Of a stretch of 64,000 nucleotides of DNA, positions 1 to 15,941 are shown piece after piece; the stretch's first letter is position 1; each line of letters begins with the position of its first letter. The translations under genes were made by a program, and so were the position numbers. Under the pieces are notes generated by a model, which ran no database searches, was not told the DNA's origin, and saw only the letters and a program-made list of their open reading frames with translations. This stretch comes from the human T2T-CHM13v2.0 reference genome, Homo sapiens. The stretch is taken from NCBI RefSeq assembly GCF_009914755.1, contig NC_060935.1; one strand, given 5' to 3'.

Positions 1-229
1 AGGTAGATCACCTGAGGTCAGGAGTTCGAGACCAGCCTGGCCAACACAGTGAAACCCATCTCTACTAAAAATGCAAAAAGTAGCCAGGTGTGGTGGTGCG
101 TGCCTGTAATCCCAGCTACTCAGGAGACTGAGGCAGGAGAATCACTTGAATCCGGGAGGTGGAAGTTGCAGTGAGCCGAGATCGTGCCATTGCACTATAG
201 CCTGGGTGAGAGAGTGAGACTCCATCTCA

Positions 230-263
<34 letters not shown>

Positions 264-264
264 T
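1..264 (+). mobile_element. AluS (cut by window edge) with A tail and (TA)n
   Basis: Alu consensus sequence, poly-A, AT microsatellite. Confidence 0.95.
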
Positions 265-539
265 CTTTTGGAGGGGGCACATAATGCAACCCACCACATT
301 CCCCAACCTCTCCCTGCTCTCTAGCCTGTGGGTTCTTTGAAGATTGTGTCTTCATTCCACATATTTTTCTTACGTCTATTATGAACTACACCCTGTTCTA
401 GGCACTGAGGGCACATCACAGTCAAGGTCCCTACAGTTGGTGGAGCTTCTTCCTCCACATGGATTCAGACAGTAAACATTGAAGTGGCCCTTCAGTGCTG
501 AAGCCAAACACTAAGTGCATGTATGCACATACACACATA

Positions 540-1251
540 CAGTAGGCGCCCCTTAGCCATGGTTTCCCTTTCTGAGGTTTCAGCTACTCATGGTTAACTG
601 CAGTCTGAACATACTAAATGCGAAATTCCAGAAATAAACAATTTCTAGATCTTAAATGGCATGCCTTTCTCAGTGGTGTGATGAAATTTCATTCAGTCCC
701 ACTCTGTGCTGCCCAGGACTTGAATCTTACCTTTGTCCAGCCAATCCACACTGTCTACACCACCTGCCCGTTAGTGTCTCAGTAGCCGACTCAGTGATTG
801 GATCACCTGTCTCTGTATGGCAGTGCTTGTGTTCAAGTCACCCTTATTGTATTTCACAATGGCCCGAAAGCACAAGAGTAGTGACACTGGCAATTTAGAT
901 ATGCCAAAGAGAAGCCGGAATGTGCTTCCTTTAAATGAAAAAGTAAACGTTCTCAACTTAATAAGGAAAGAAAAAAAATGTATGCTGAGGTCAGACATTG
1001 GTATGGTAAGAACAAATCTTTTGTCTGTGAAATTGTGAAGAAGGCGAAAGAAATTCATGCGAGTTTTGCTGTTGCACCTCGAACTGCAAAACTGTGGCCA
1101 CAATGCATGATAAATTCTTAGCTAAGATGGAAAAGGCATTGAGTTTGTGGGTGGAGGACATGATGGCAATCAGGTGTGGTGCTATCCTCAGTTTTAGGAA
1201 CCCACTGGGGAGTCTTGGAACATATCCCTCGTGGGTAAGGGGAGGCTACTG
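540..1251 (+). mobile_element. Tigger7-derived MER44-type DNA transposon (internally deleted)
   Basis: Terminal inverted repeats cagtag..cccctta / taagggg..ctactg, TA at left end; ORFs 817-1038 and 1094-1276 read as a frameshifted pogo/CENP-B HTH N-terminus. Confidence 0.85.
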
Positions 1252-1580
1252 GATATGCGTATATATAGTCACTTAATATATATTGGATGAGGGAATGTTA
1301 ACTGGAACAGTAGAAGATGAAGGATAAATTACTACATTTCATCCAGCCAGTGCTTTCTGGCATGTTTATCAAAATGTAAAAGTGTGGTTGCTCTTTGTCC
1401 CTTGTAAAACTTTGTTCTATGGTACTTGAATTCTTATTCTCAGTTGACCTGAGGGTCAACCCAACTCCCCAGATAATACTTCTGAATATCATAAAACCAA
1501 GCTTATAAGGTGTATTCCTAATTTTTATTAAATTCAAACTTACAACTAAAGAAAACACTTGAATTCTGTTTACCTTCCAG

Positions 1581-1623
1581 GGCAGCGTCAGTTCCTCTCA
1601 GTCTCCATTTGTGCAGATGCCAG
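1581..1623 (+). CDS. POU2AF2: POU2AF2/C11orf53 (OCA-T1) internal 43-nt coding exon, GSVSSSQSPFVQMP(G); phase 0 to 1. Upstream exons carrying the OCA peptide lie outside the window
   Basis: Acceptor ccttccag|, donor |gtgagt. Splices in frame to 4259. The ATG at 1617-1619 gives 7+302+402=711 nt = 236 aa, the length of the older C11orf53 model. Confidence 0.9.
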
Positions 1624-3241
1624 GTGAGTACTTTAATTCAATAAGCAATTATTCCCTTTTGAATTTAAATCAAGCATCTGGGCTTCCATTCTTTCATAAC
1701 GACCTTACAACACTTCCAAAACTCTGCTCCTTTAAAATAGTTTTGTCTAAAATACAAAATCAGCGAAGGACAGAACTCATGCAGTAATTTCTGAATTTAA
1801 AATTCATTTTGTCTTGAAAGCAGCCCTTTTATCCCAAGCTTTTGGGGCAAAGGCAATATAAATTATGCCCTTGATACAGTTTTAAATTGTCTAAAGTTCT
1901 GACACCATGATCTGATAGATGAGGCATCTGCTTTCAAACAGAAAGGGGAAAGCGGTCTGCGAGCAGAGGGAGTCAGGCATTTGGTTCAGTATTTTGAATT
2001 CATTTCAATGCCTATGTCTCATTAAATACTCCTGTGGGGATGTAAAAGGGGAATTCCTAATAATACTGTTGGACATTCTTGTATAAACACACACCACACA
2101 GGCAAAGACAATCTCATTTAGTTCAACTCAGACGCGGCACATTCCCTAATAGTTTTATCACCTTCAGAGCTGGATAAGGGAAAGGAATAAGAGCAATCGA
2201 GGATCCCGAATATTTAAATGTCTGTATGTTGTTTCCCAATCATATATAGTGCCATTGAAATTTGGTGGCATCTCCTGCCTTCTACAGAAAAAAAAAAGAA
2301 AAATTTCCATAGCTTCTCTTTATCTAGAAATTATCCTTTCTCTTTGTACAGAGAAAATCCATGCTAAGAGAGCAGAGGCTTTTTTCTTCGTGGTTGTTTT
2401 GATTTGGAAATTGGGAGTATAGATGAGAGCCTGGAAACCTTGTTTTCATATTCTCAACCTTAACCGCTCTCATAAATATAATTTCATTGTATGAAACAGA
2501 ACCTTATTTATTTATATTAAGGTTCAGCTGCACAGATTTTTTCCCAAGGAAGTATGCTTATAATGAAAACCCTAACTTCAGCTTTCAAATGCATGAGCAG
2601 GTTAGAAGTTATAGAATGTAAGATGAAAGTGAAGTGAGTGGAGTCGTGCCACAGGTTTTGATGGGGAATTTTGATTTCTTCTTCTGGATGAATAAATTCA
2701 CATGCCATTCTTGAACACAATGTTATACTACTAGGTTTAAAGAAAATGTATAAGGCATGAGATCTGCCCCCTTGGGCTCGCAGGTTGACTGGAAAGATCA
2801 TTGTGACTCAGGTGAAAGAGGAATGAGCATAATATAAAGTGCCACATCCTGTGGAACGGGCTGGAATTCTGTGTCTATAGAATCAGAAGCTCAGAAGTGG
2901 TCTGCTGCTGTGGTTGGGGTAAGGTAAGGAAGACAGGCACTTATATCTTCTCCCCAGTTCAGCCTTTTTGTGACCTATGACCTAAGGGTGTTGGTGTTAG
3001 CATTAGATCACACCCAAGGCCAGCTGGAACAATTAAACCATCAGTTTTATAGACCTCAAGTCTATGCCCTCAAACATGTTCTGAATGATCAGTGTTTTCT
3101 GCTACAACTGAGCTACGGGGTCAGAAAGTGTTGAGCAAACACACCTTTTTCCTTGGAAACCATTTCACTGCTGGGCTTACCTTAAATGAAGCTCTTATCA
3201 GTTTCTGTCCCTCCCTCTCTCCACCAAGGAAAACTTTTTAC

Positions 3242-3530
3242 TTTTTTTTTTTTTTTTTTTGAGACGGACTCTTGCTCTGGGCGAGATCTCAGCTCACTGC
3301 AACCTCCACCTCCCGGGTTCAAGTAATTCTCCTGCCTCAGCCTCCTGAGTAACTGGGACTACAGCAGCTGTGATTACAGGCATGGTGGCCCAGCTGATTT
3401 TTGTATTGTTTTTAGTAGAGATGGGTTTTCACCATGTTGGCCAGGATGGTCTCAATCTCTTGACCTCGTGATCCGCCAGCCTGGGCCTCCCAAAGTGCTG
3501 GGATTACAGGTGTGAGCCACCGAGCCTGCC
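3242..3530 (-). mobile_element. Alu (S-type, internally rearranged)
   Basis: Poly-T start; TSD ccaccaagg(a/g)aaacttt at 3221 and 3531. Confidence 0.92.
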
Positions 3531-4258
3531 CCACCAAGGGAAACTTTATGTAGCCGGCACTGTCTTCCTAAACGTGCTGGGCCCTGGTGAGTTGAGTGAA
3601 GGAGTCCCTGAGGCCACAAGAGGGCAGCAAATAACATAAAACTCATCAAAACCCTAAAACTACAGGCCTCTAAAATTGGCTTCTGTGTGGCCATCTAATC
3701 CTAAAGAAAGTCATTTATTGATGTCTGCCAGGCGTGCGACCCAGTGTAAGGTCAATGTGTGAAGAATTAGAAGGCAGAGTACAGCCTGCCTCTTTGAGGT
3801 GGGGTTATATGTGTTACCTTATCCAGACATAGCGATCTCAGATAACAGGCCAGGAGCACCTCTTGTTAACAGTTCTATGTATATGGAGAGGTAGCTCCGA
3901 TGTTGTGAAAAAGATGCTTCCTTGGTTAAAATATGAATGCCAAGAGATTATTTCATTTATGTCTTCCTAGCACAGCGCCGGTCACCGGGAAGGTACTCAG
4001 TAAATGTGAATGAATGAACAGACACGGTACTGTCTAAAATGAACTCACCCCTAAAGGCGACAATGTTTTCAAACGTTAGTTATTTGGGCTAATGCAGGAA
4101 TATTTCACGCTTTTCAAGACATTTCTCTATTTCCATGTTAGCGTTGGAGTCAGGCACGCGTTAGTAACATCGTTTCCCAGGAAGAGACTCAGCTGCAACC
4201 GAGGCCTTGACCGCCCTGGGAGGAATTTTCTGCCCATGTGTTTTTCATTTGGCAACAG

Positions 4259-4560
4259 GTTCGCCGGTCACGTCAGGTTACTACGGTGTCAGAAGATCTT
4301 TCTTATCTGACTCAGACTTCCACAACAGTAAACAGTTTTCAAATGACGTCTACACCTCCAGCGTGGGGAAGCCGTTTCCCTGTGAGTCCTCCGCAGGGCA
4401 GAGCCATGCGGCTCTCCTGGAGCCCTACTTCCCCCAGGAGCCCTACGGAGACTACCGGCCTCCGGCGCTGACGCCCAACGCGGGCTCTCTGTTCAGCGCC
4501 TCGCCCCTACCGCCGCTCCTGCCACCGCCCTTCCCCGGAGACCCAGCTCACTTCCTATTT
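4259..4560 (+). CDS. POU2AF2: POU2AF2 penultimate coding exon (GSPVTSGYYGVRRSF...DPAHFLF)
   Basis: Acceptor ggcaacag|, donor |gtgagt; 302 nt, phase 1 to 0; CpG-rich; same frame as ORF 4207..4593; protein recognised as C11orf53. Confidence 0.95.
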
Positions 4561-5835
4561 GTGAGTATGCAGAGACCTCGTGTGAGGGAGTAAAAGAGGG
4601 GCGAGGCTCGCCCTCTGGCCAGCCGCTGTGCTTGGCATCCGGGTTGAAGCCAGGTCTGGCTCACCCTGTAGACTCCAGAGGCTGCTTTGCAGCTGCCTAG
4701 AGATGCCAGGACACCCTCCGAGGGAGCCTTGTTCAAGGATCCCTGTTAGCCATGACAGCCAGGAGCGTCTACGCAGGGCTTGGAACCGGGAGGAATGTGC
4801 AGCAGGATTTATATCCATTTTGTTAATGCTCTACTGATATTGCCTGATGTTCCCCCACCCTGTTAGTGCCAGTCGTCATCATTCCTGCAGCCCCTAAGGA
4901 AGGAACACTGAAGCTGCATCTCAGACATGCTAGGCAGTAATGAGATGGATCATAATCTCCCAAGGAGGGTACATAGGGCTCCTCTTTCTTTCCAAGTCCC
5001 CTGCCTCCCCTTCCCCACATTTTTAGCCTAAAAATCCTTGTTCTCTCTCAATCCTTCCAAACAGGTGAGTTCATAAAGATCTGAAGATTGCTAATGCTCA
5101 TAGAGAATAGTAAAGGTTTCTACCACAAAGTAATGAAGCTCTAAAGACAGGAGTTTAGACAAAAGGGAGAGGATGAGAATTCACATTATTAAGTATACTC
5201 TATGCCAGGAAATGTGATGTGTTCATTCAATACTTGCAACAACTCAGGATATATTTATGAAAGTCCCATTTTACAGATGAGCAATGTCGGGCTCAGAGTC
5301 AGGAGGAGCCACGAATGAATCCAAATCTTTCTAGCTCCAAACTTACGGGATTCCTACCTCTTTCCTCCTGCTTTAATGAGGACAGAGTGGGCTTCTCAGT
5401 CCCCTCAAAAATTCACCATGGAGTTGAAGGCCTACTCCGAGGAGTGGGCCAAGCGCTGACCTTCCCCACTGTGTAAATGGCATTCTAGGACCCAGACTAA
5501 TGGGAGACTCAAAAAGAATCCAAGACAGAGTGCATTGCACACAGTAAAATGTTGCATACATGTGCATTTTATTAGTCTCACATTTCACTCATTTAATGTT
5601 GTCTTCTGGGAAAAGGAATCTCAATATCTATAGCAAATCTAATTCTAGAGTAGGAAGGGAGGAAAACTTTCACTGCTGGTGTCAAAAGCCGGAGAGAAGA
5701 GCAGCCTGAGAGCCAGGCTTCAGGCAGCAGAGAGAGGGGACGAAGGCTGCCCTGAAGCCACAGTCTGGCAGCACACAATGTATCATCAGAGTGTCACCTA
5801 GTGAATAACCTCCGTGGCCTTTCCATTCTCCTCAG

Positions 5836-6237
5836 AGGGACTCATGGGAGCAGACGTTGCCTGACGGTCTCAGCCAGCCTGACCCTGTGTCTGCCGATGC
5901 CCTGCTGACCTTGCCACCCAGCACGAGTTGCCTCTCCCAGCTTGAGTCCGGGAGCATCGCCCAGCACAGGGGCTCAAGCTGGGGGTCATCCCTGGCTGGG
6001 GCTCAGTCATACTCGCTGCATGCTCTGGAAGATCTGCACCACACTCCGGGGTACCCTACCCCGCCTCCTTACCCCTTCACCCCTTTCATGACGGTGTCAA
6101 ATGACCTACCGCCCAAGGTGGGGCCACTCTCCCCAGATGAGGAAGCAGACACCGGTTCCCTCCATGACCCTTCCCCTTGGGTGAAAGAAGATGGGAGTAT
6201 TGCCTGGGGGTCATATGAATGCCGCAGAGCTTATTGA
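5836..6237 (+). CDS. POU2AF2: POU2AF2 terminal coding exon (RDSWEQTLPDG...WGSYECRRAY*)
   Basis: Acceptor ttctcctcag|; 402 nt ending in TGA; same frame as ORF 5857..6237. Confidence 0.95.
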   Translation, partial: RDSWEQTLPDGLSQPDPVSADALLTLPPSTSCLSQLESGSIAQHRGSSWGSSLAGAQSYSLHALEDLHHTPGYPTPPPYPFTPFMTVSNDLPPKVGPLSPDEEADTGSLHDPSPWVKEDGSIAWGSYECRRAY

Positions 6238-6408
6238 GGGGAGGGCCAAATGACTTCTGGGTTTTTCTTTAACTTGAGGTGTATTCCAAAGATCGTTTTA
6301 GGTGTGTCAGCCCATTCAGGACTGGATTTTCAGAATAAGCCTCAATGCTGCTCTTTGTTAGTGGACGAGGGCATTTATTTGTAATCCTCTCCACTGTAAC
6401 CCCACTGA

Positions 6409-6414
6409 AATAAA
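6409..6414 (+). terminator. POU2AF2 polyadenylation signal AATAAA (a second at 6987-6992)
   Basis: Canonical hexamer ~170 nt after the stop, followed by GT/T-rich sequence. Confidence 0.7.
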
Positions 6415-7024
6415 ACAGAATGTTAATTAAATGTGTCAGAGACCGTATTCTAGTAAGATAACCTTACAATGTGGTCTTTTTGGAACTGTTGTAACCCATT
6501 ACGTTCTGAATCTTCTGTTATCTTTGAAGTATCATTTTTGGCACTGATTTTTCTTAAATTACATTAAAAAGTTTATGCAGATCATAAAAGATACTGATTT
6601 TCCTGTCAGATGTTTCTTAGTTTTAAACTATGTGTATTCTGCAGTAAAAGACACTGGATAGGATATAATATAGATATGACCACATAAAACAAAACTCATT
6701 TTATAGCATGTGACTTGAAAGAGTGAAGTGTTTCATATACATATATTTATGGCTTATTATAGTGACTTGTAAAACCCCAGTTAAAAAAAAGGTACAATCT
6801 ATAAATATGTTATTGTCCATAAAATAGGATGAGATCAGGAAACTATGGCTTTGTACATAACAAAGTTATTTTTTGACTCTATCCTAAAGCCCAGAATGTC
6901 CCCAAATTAGTTCAATCCAAAAAAGTCCAAAAATTTTCTTTGATCAGTGATGGCCTTAATTAAACCAGACATTGTCTCTCTGATGGAATAAACCTACAGT
7001 TATCAGCATGAATGAGTAAAATAG

Positions 7025-7358
<334 letters not shown>

Positions 7359-8625
7359 CAAATTCATACCCTTTAAAGAAAATACAGAAAATAGGACTAA
7401 GCTGTTGGCAAGAAACAGACCACAAAACACCAAGAAGCAAAAGGACTTTGGAGAAGGACATATTGCCATGTGTGAGCCGATGGCTTGACAAACAGCACCT
7501 CCTATTTGGTGGCTTACTAGTCGGAAAAGTGCAGCTCTTACTATGTGTCAATGAAGATATTGACATCTGTAGCATGAATCTGTCCACATTGGATTGGTGT
7601 GGGTTCCTTTGCTAATTGGGTTCCCAGCATAATTCCAGCATGCCTATCTGTGGCCAAGCTCATCATACATGCCTGGTATACACTGAGACTTTGCAGATGC
7701 ATGAGTGGAGGCCCCCGGGTTGTACCTGCACCCTTCTTCTTAGCTTCCTACCACCTGTCTTTCTGCACTTCATTCTCACATCTTTTCCACCCTCTGGTCC
7801 CTCCTGATCCAATGCCATTTCTCTCCATCTTCTGGAGGCCAAGGCCTTCATTTTCCCTCTAGTTGCCCAAAGACCCTCAACACAATCTCCATCACATCCT
7901 CTGTGACTGTCCCATACTCTACCTCAGCAAGGTAGAAGCCCAGAAATTCCAACAAGGGGATTAATTCACACTTACAAGCAAATATATGATATTCCTTTTT
8001 TTTCCAGGCCTTCAAGGTATTTTCTGGTTAAGCAAACTCACTTCTAGTTTATGGAGTGCCACCAGAAATGCTTGGGTAGTGAGCTTTCGTTCACCTCATC
8101 CTTTCGGCTCCCTCCAGGCAGAGCATTCTTCAGGGAGTAGATCAAGAGTGAACGCGTGGGGCTCTCTGCTCCTGGGCAGCACTGCCAGGCCCCCTGCCCC
8201 ACTTCCTCCCCCTCCACCAGCTCCTTTGGGCAGCCTGAACTTTGCTTTGCTTAGTGCTTGCTCTTCAGTGAAAAGTGGCAACATTCACAGTGCAAGAAAG
8301 GAGCTGTTCTTTCCTAAATCCAGCATGACTTGCAACCTCAGTCTTGGTTCCCAATATGGCTGGTAGAACCATCTGTCATTCAGCAGTTACTCATACCTGA
8401 AGAGCAGGCCTGTGCATCAGAAAGAAGAGATCTGGCCCTCTCTGCAGATATAGAGGTCTTCACAAGGGTCTCAGGGTCATTTTCCTAGATTGGTGTTGTA
8501 AAGTTTAAAATGATTTGTCCTCTACTGCTTACCATTTTACTGGGTATCAGTAACACAGTAGTGGCTGTGTAAATCATGAATATGTGTCCACATAACTTTA
8601 ACTTTCATGTGATTATGACTCTGAA

Positions 8626-9450
8626 TTTTTGTTTGTTTGTTTTTTGTTTTTTTAATTATTATTATACTTTAAGTTCTAGGGTACATGTGCACAACGTGCA
8701 GGTTTGTTACATATGTATACATGTGCCATGTTGGTGTGCTGTACCCATTAACTCATCATTTACATTAGGTATATCTCCTAATGCTATCCCTCCCCGCCCC
8801 ACCCCATGACAGGCCCCGGTGTGTTATGTCCCCCTTCCTGTGTCCAAGTGTTCCCATTGTTCAATTCCCACCTATGAGTGAGAACATGCGGTGTTTGGTT
8901 TTTTGTCTTTGCAATAGTTTGCTGAGAATGATGGTTTCCAGCTTCATCCATGTCCCTACAAAGGACATGAACTCATCCTTTTGTATGGCTGCATAGTATT
9001 CCATGGTGTATATGTGCCACATTTTCTTAATCCAGTCTATCATTGTTGGACATTTGGGTTTGTTCCAAGTCTTTGCTATTGTGAGTAGTGCCACAATAAA
9101 CATACTTGTGCATGTGTCTTTATAGCAGCATGATTTATAATCCTTTGGGTGTATACCCAGTAATGGGATGGCTGGGTCAAATGGTATTTCTAGTTCTAGA
9201 TCCTTGAGGAATCGCCACACTGTCTTCCACAATGGTTGAACCAGTTTACAGTTCCACCAATAGTGTAAAAGTGTTCCCATTTCTCCACATCCTCTCCAGC
9301 ACCTGTTGTTTCCTGACTTTTTAATGATTGCCATTCTAACTGGTGTGAGATGGTATCCCATTGTGGTTTTGATTTGCATTTCTCTGATGGCCAGTGATGA
9401 TGAGCATTTTTTCATGTGTCTGTTGGCTGCATAAATGTCTTCTTTTGAGA
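8626..9450 (-). mobile_element. 5'-truncated L1PA (ORF2 C-terminus plus 3' UTR)
   Basis: ORF 8861..9490 is the L1 ORF2p C-terminus (CWRGCGE...[10 protein letters not shown]); L1PA 3' UTR and T-rich tail. Confidence 0.95.
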
Positions 9451-9778
9451 GGTGACACTGAATATTATGCATGTTCACGTGTTCCTTCATCTCCTAACAA
9501 CTTGAAGATGCACTGGCTCTCAGACAAAGAGAGCTCAACAACCAGACCTTGGAACAGAGGTAAATACAGGGAGCACGACAATGTTTACATTCTTCTTAAA
9601 GCATCCTATCCCTTTCATAGCATTTGACTAAATTAACTTATAAAAAAGAGACACACTCAGGCCCACATATGCCTGCTAGTGTCCACTTCAGTTATCTAGT
9701 CTAAAAGGGGTTTGGGGAGTAGGGCTGGTGCTAATAATTCCAAATAATAAGTGATCTTCAAGAATTCTGTTTAGTTTG

Positions 9779-10114
<336 letters not shown>

Positions 10115-10249
10115 TTAATTTGATTCTGTTTTATTGTTCAGGGAATACTTTGTTAAAAGGTGAAATCAAACTACAAAATTATGACAGGAAAATTAATTCT
10201 ATTTCCTTATCCAATCCCATTTTTCTTTCAATTCCTCTCTGTTTTCTTT

Positions 10250-10550
10250 CCTTTCTTTTTTTTTTTTTTTGAGACAGTCACCCAGGCTGGAGGAGGGTGG
10301 AGGGCAGTGACACAATCTCGGCTCACTGCAACCTCCGCCTCCCAGGTCCGAGCAATTCTCCTTCTTCAGCCACCTGAATAGCTGGGATTATAGGCATGCA
10401 CCACCACACCCAGCTAATTTTTGTATTTTTAGTAGAGATGGGGTTTCACCATGTTGGCCAGGCTGGTCTGGAACTCCTGGCCTCAAGTGACCCACCTATG
10501 TTGGTCTCCCAAAGTGCTGGGATTACAGGCGTGAGCCACCGCGCCCAGCC
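10250..10550 (-). mobile_element. AluS
   Basis: Antisense full-length Alu. Confidence 0.93.
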
Positions 10551-12024
10551 AATTTTCTACAACACGTGGGGACTAATCGCACCTTTTCATAACAATGTAC
10601 CACGCCAACATACAAAAATAGGTGCATTCTTCTCTCCCTCACCTTCCTTAAACCTGCTATTCACTGACTTACAACTTTCCTGAGAAAGTCAGAGAAAATT
10701 AAAGAGCTCTGTTTCAACACTCCATCTCTTTCAGGTCTTGTAAGGACACAGGATATATTTAAGACTTAAAGTAATCAGAGATGGTATGTCAAGTTCAAGC
10801 CACTAAAGAAAGCTGACTAGATGATAATGCCAAAAAGAAATTGAGCACAATTTGCCCATGCAAAAGCTGCAATATAGACAATCATGCCATGAAACACATG
10901 CAGTATGTAGTTGAAGGCATTTGCATTCCTCTTACAATATTACACAAACCCCCAAAAAAGGAGAGAAGAAAACTACATCTTTACCTCATTTATTTAATAA
11001 ATGATTTCAAATGATCATTATGACTTGCTATAGCTCAGTTAATAATACAATTTCATGGTACTATTGGGTAGGAGGAGAAGACAGAAGCACTCTAAAAGAA
11101 ATTGCATAAAGGGAAAATAATTACTAATGCCAATAGTAAAACATACATTGACATACATACATACATATATACATACGTACACACATGTATAAAAGTATTA
11201 TAGTATCTTTGTGATCAGTTTTTCGATATTTAATGTAAATATCTAAATAGTGTAGTCACAAGGAATAAAACATCAGTTATATTTAAAGTACCAAAATAAT
11301 GATTGATGTCTAAGGTTTAAGTCACATTACATTATAGTGATTCTACCAACCACACACCAAAATTATACTCTTTACTTAAGGCTCCATCACTGGGTTCTGT
11401 CTACAGTATCCTCTCTATGCAAAACAATATTACACTGTTCATCTCACACACCATAGACTCTAGAGAGGTTAAGTGCAAAATCACACACTCTAGACAAAGT
11501 GGTTCTCCAGCTAAAGAGACTCATGGGGAGGACTCATGAGTGGCTCACCTCTGTGTCCCAGCACCTGGCTCGAGGCCCAGAACACTGTAGATGCTCAGTA
11601 AATTTTTGTTAGATTGAAGTAAAATTATACCATAAAGATGAGTAACTTTTTAGCCCTTGGTTCTATGGGTGACAGCTCTCTGAAACCAGTATCTGAGAGG
11701 ATTCTCACCATGTTTAGTATCTAACATTAGCCATACTCTCTCCAAATTCAGACAGTAGGTGGATATTGGGCTTTAGTGGTAATATATTTAAGATGACTGG
11801 TTTAGTCTTTTTAGATACCTTTATGAAATAAAATTACTGAACCTTTGAAATAGCACAGAAAAATGTTGATATATTCATTTAGTATGTACATGTACTATGA
11901 TCTGTTGCTAAGAAATCTTATAAATAAAAGTTATTTAATGTTTGATCATTATCTCTGGTGTGACTAAAACAAGTATGATAAATCAGGAACAAGAATCCCC
12001 AAAGGTCAAGCTAAATAAACATTA

Positions 12025-12267
<243 letters not shown>

Positions 12268-12464
12268 CTAATTATAATCTCTGATAAATAACATACGTGC
12301 ATTTGTAATATGCAATGTCATTGTTAGTACAATTAAAAAAAAGAACAGTAAAAAATGTTAGAAGTTCCAAGAGGAATGAAATGTGGACCAAACATACAGT
12401 ATCTAGGAATTAGCTCTTTTGGATTAGGAAAATTGATAGATATACCTGCTAAACTTCCCCCTAA

Positions 12465-13564
<1,100 letters not shown>

Positions 13565-15303
13565 AAGAAAATATCTTAACAGGAATAATCCAAAAGTTTT
13601 AATGGTTTTAATAAGTTAATTTAGTCATAAATGAGAGATCACTCAACTGTTTTATTTCTTAAGCTTGGTAATACAGTCATAGATTTTCATCATGGTATTC
13701 TTTATATGTTTTTGTATGCCTTAAATGTTGCACAATAAAAACGTTTTAAGTAATAGAAGAGGAACTCTTCAAGCAGTGTACGGTGGTGTTTTTCTTAAAG
13801 GATGAATTATCAAATGCTTGCTCCCCATGGAAGCCTCTTAAGGAAAAGTTAAAACTTTGAATATGTCTTATGGGAAGAGACTGACGTAGCACAAATCATT
13901 AAAAAACCTTCACCTAATTGTCTTCCTGGTCATTTTCATATGGACCAAATGTTCACTCTAGGGCCCAAAAAACATTTGTTTCCTGCATGTATTCAATCTT
14001 CTGGAACTTGATATTTCCCACGAGGTTTGGTAACAGTGTCCCAAAGTCAAGGTGACAAAAGAACTTTGCATTAATAAAGACAATTTCGAGCTGTAGTCAA
14101 ATTTGGAGGGAATAAACTACCCCTTTTCCTTATACTGAAAGTCTTTTAATATGCCTGTGCCTTAGTTGAATAAAATCTCCTACGTTGGGGGGAGAAAACA
14201 ATGCTCTGCAGTGTCATTTGCATACAAGACTGCCAAAATTTTTCAGTCAAAATATTCGTTTAAAACTTTAAAAAGAAATCTATTCCATTTCCATCACTTT
14301 GGGTATGGACTGGGTATAAGAAGGTTAAGGTCAAATACAGGATTTCTGAGGTCAATGGCAAGGATAGCCAGAGATCTGAAAAACAGTGATATATGAAGAA
14401 CTAAAGAAACTGGATGAGGAGTCTCAAAAGGAGAAGGCTTGGGGTGAAGATGGGATGGGCATAACTTCTTTAGAGTTAGTACTGGACCTGGTCAGAGTAG
14501 CTAATCAGTATATGATTGTTGAATGAATGAATAAACCAATTAATGAACTAAACAAACTCACAATAGAAAAGCAGTAGTACAGAAGTAGGAGAAGAGAGTA
14601 ATTGATAGCAGAAATCAAGGTTTACTTATTTTTGTACTCCTGGTACTTGATACCATGCCTAGTGCATAGTTGGTGCCCAATTAATACATGATTGGATTAT
14701 AGCATAATCACTGATCACTACATTTAAAGCAGTCCAATAGTGGAACAGGCTGCCTCACAAATAGTGAGCTCTCGTTTCCTCTACACAGATTCTACTATGG
14801 GCCAGGATCTCAGCCAAGCAGTGGAGCCAGAGGCTGGACAGACACAAGCAGAGATTTTGGAAAAAGACTGAGTCCCTCTCAGCACTTCAAAGATCCCTTC
14901 CAACACCCAAACATCAAAAGCCATGTTATATTGCCAAGCAAGGGTGCCTATGAACGCCTGTTGAAACCCCACAACAATTTTTTCAGCCATTTATTAAAAC
15001 CCCAAAGAGACTATCAGGACTTCAGGGCAAACATCCTAGAGATAGCAATGCCCCCAGCAAGAAGAAAAGAGTTCTCAGTCTGAGAGGCACAAACTGTAAT
15101 CAGTGTAATTAACAGCTTACCCTCACCTCTAGCCAGGCGTTTCTTCAAGATTCTAGTGTTTCCAGTCCTTACAGAACATTCTCAAGTCAGCAGGCTACAC
15201 TGTCTTAGTGTCCTTGTACAAACTGATGGTAAAACAGATAGCACCCCAAAATATTTCCACATGCACAAACAACCTTGAAACGTGTGTTCGCATATCTTAC
15301 AAG

Positions 15304-15570
15304 CAGGTATTTTTCCAATGCCACTCACAGCCTATTAGTGGGTCATTAAATTAACTCAGTGACTCCCAACCAACATATATTTCCCATAAATAGAATGAAA
15401 TGGAAAAGGTGGACTAGAATAGAAAATATCAGAGTGCCTGACATATGTAGGTATATCTTGTTTCATGAAAAGTTTGTTTTAGAAATATAAATGTTGTTAT
15501 AGATACATGTGAACATGTAAAATGGATTTCTTATTGTAGGTTAAAGTCCAAAAAGTTTAAAAGCTTCTTG
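15304..15570. mobile_element. Old hAT/MER-type DNA transposon remnant
   Basis: Resembles a non-autonomous Charlie-type element (attagtgggtc...gaaaatatcagagtgc...aaaaagttt); subfamily uncertain. Confidence 0.5.
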
Positions 15571-15611
15571 TAGAAAAGATCAGGAAGACAACATCAGTAG
15601 TTAAGAGCAAA

Positions 15612-15941
<330 letters not shown>

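Noticed and set aside
817-1276. Possible domesticated TIGD-like transposase gene
   Set aside because: Frameshifted, only the HTH N-terminus, catalytic domain deleted; an ordinary MER44-type element.
8861-9490. 209-aa ORF, and similar ORFs at 12750, 13109, 33247, 34238 and 35509
   Set aside because: Fragments of L1 ORF2p in truncated or frameshifted elements, not host genes or active L1.
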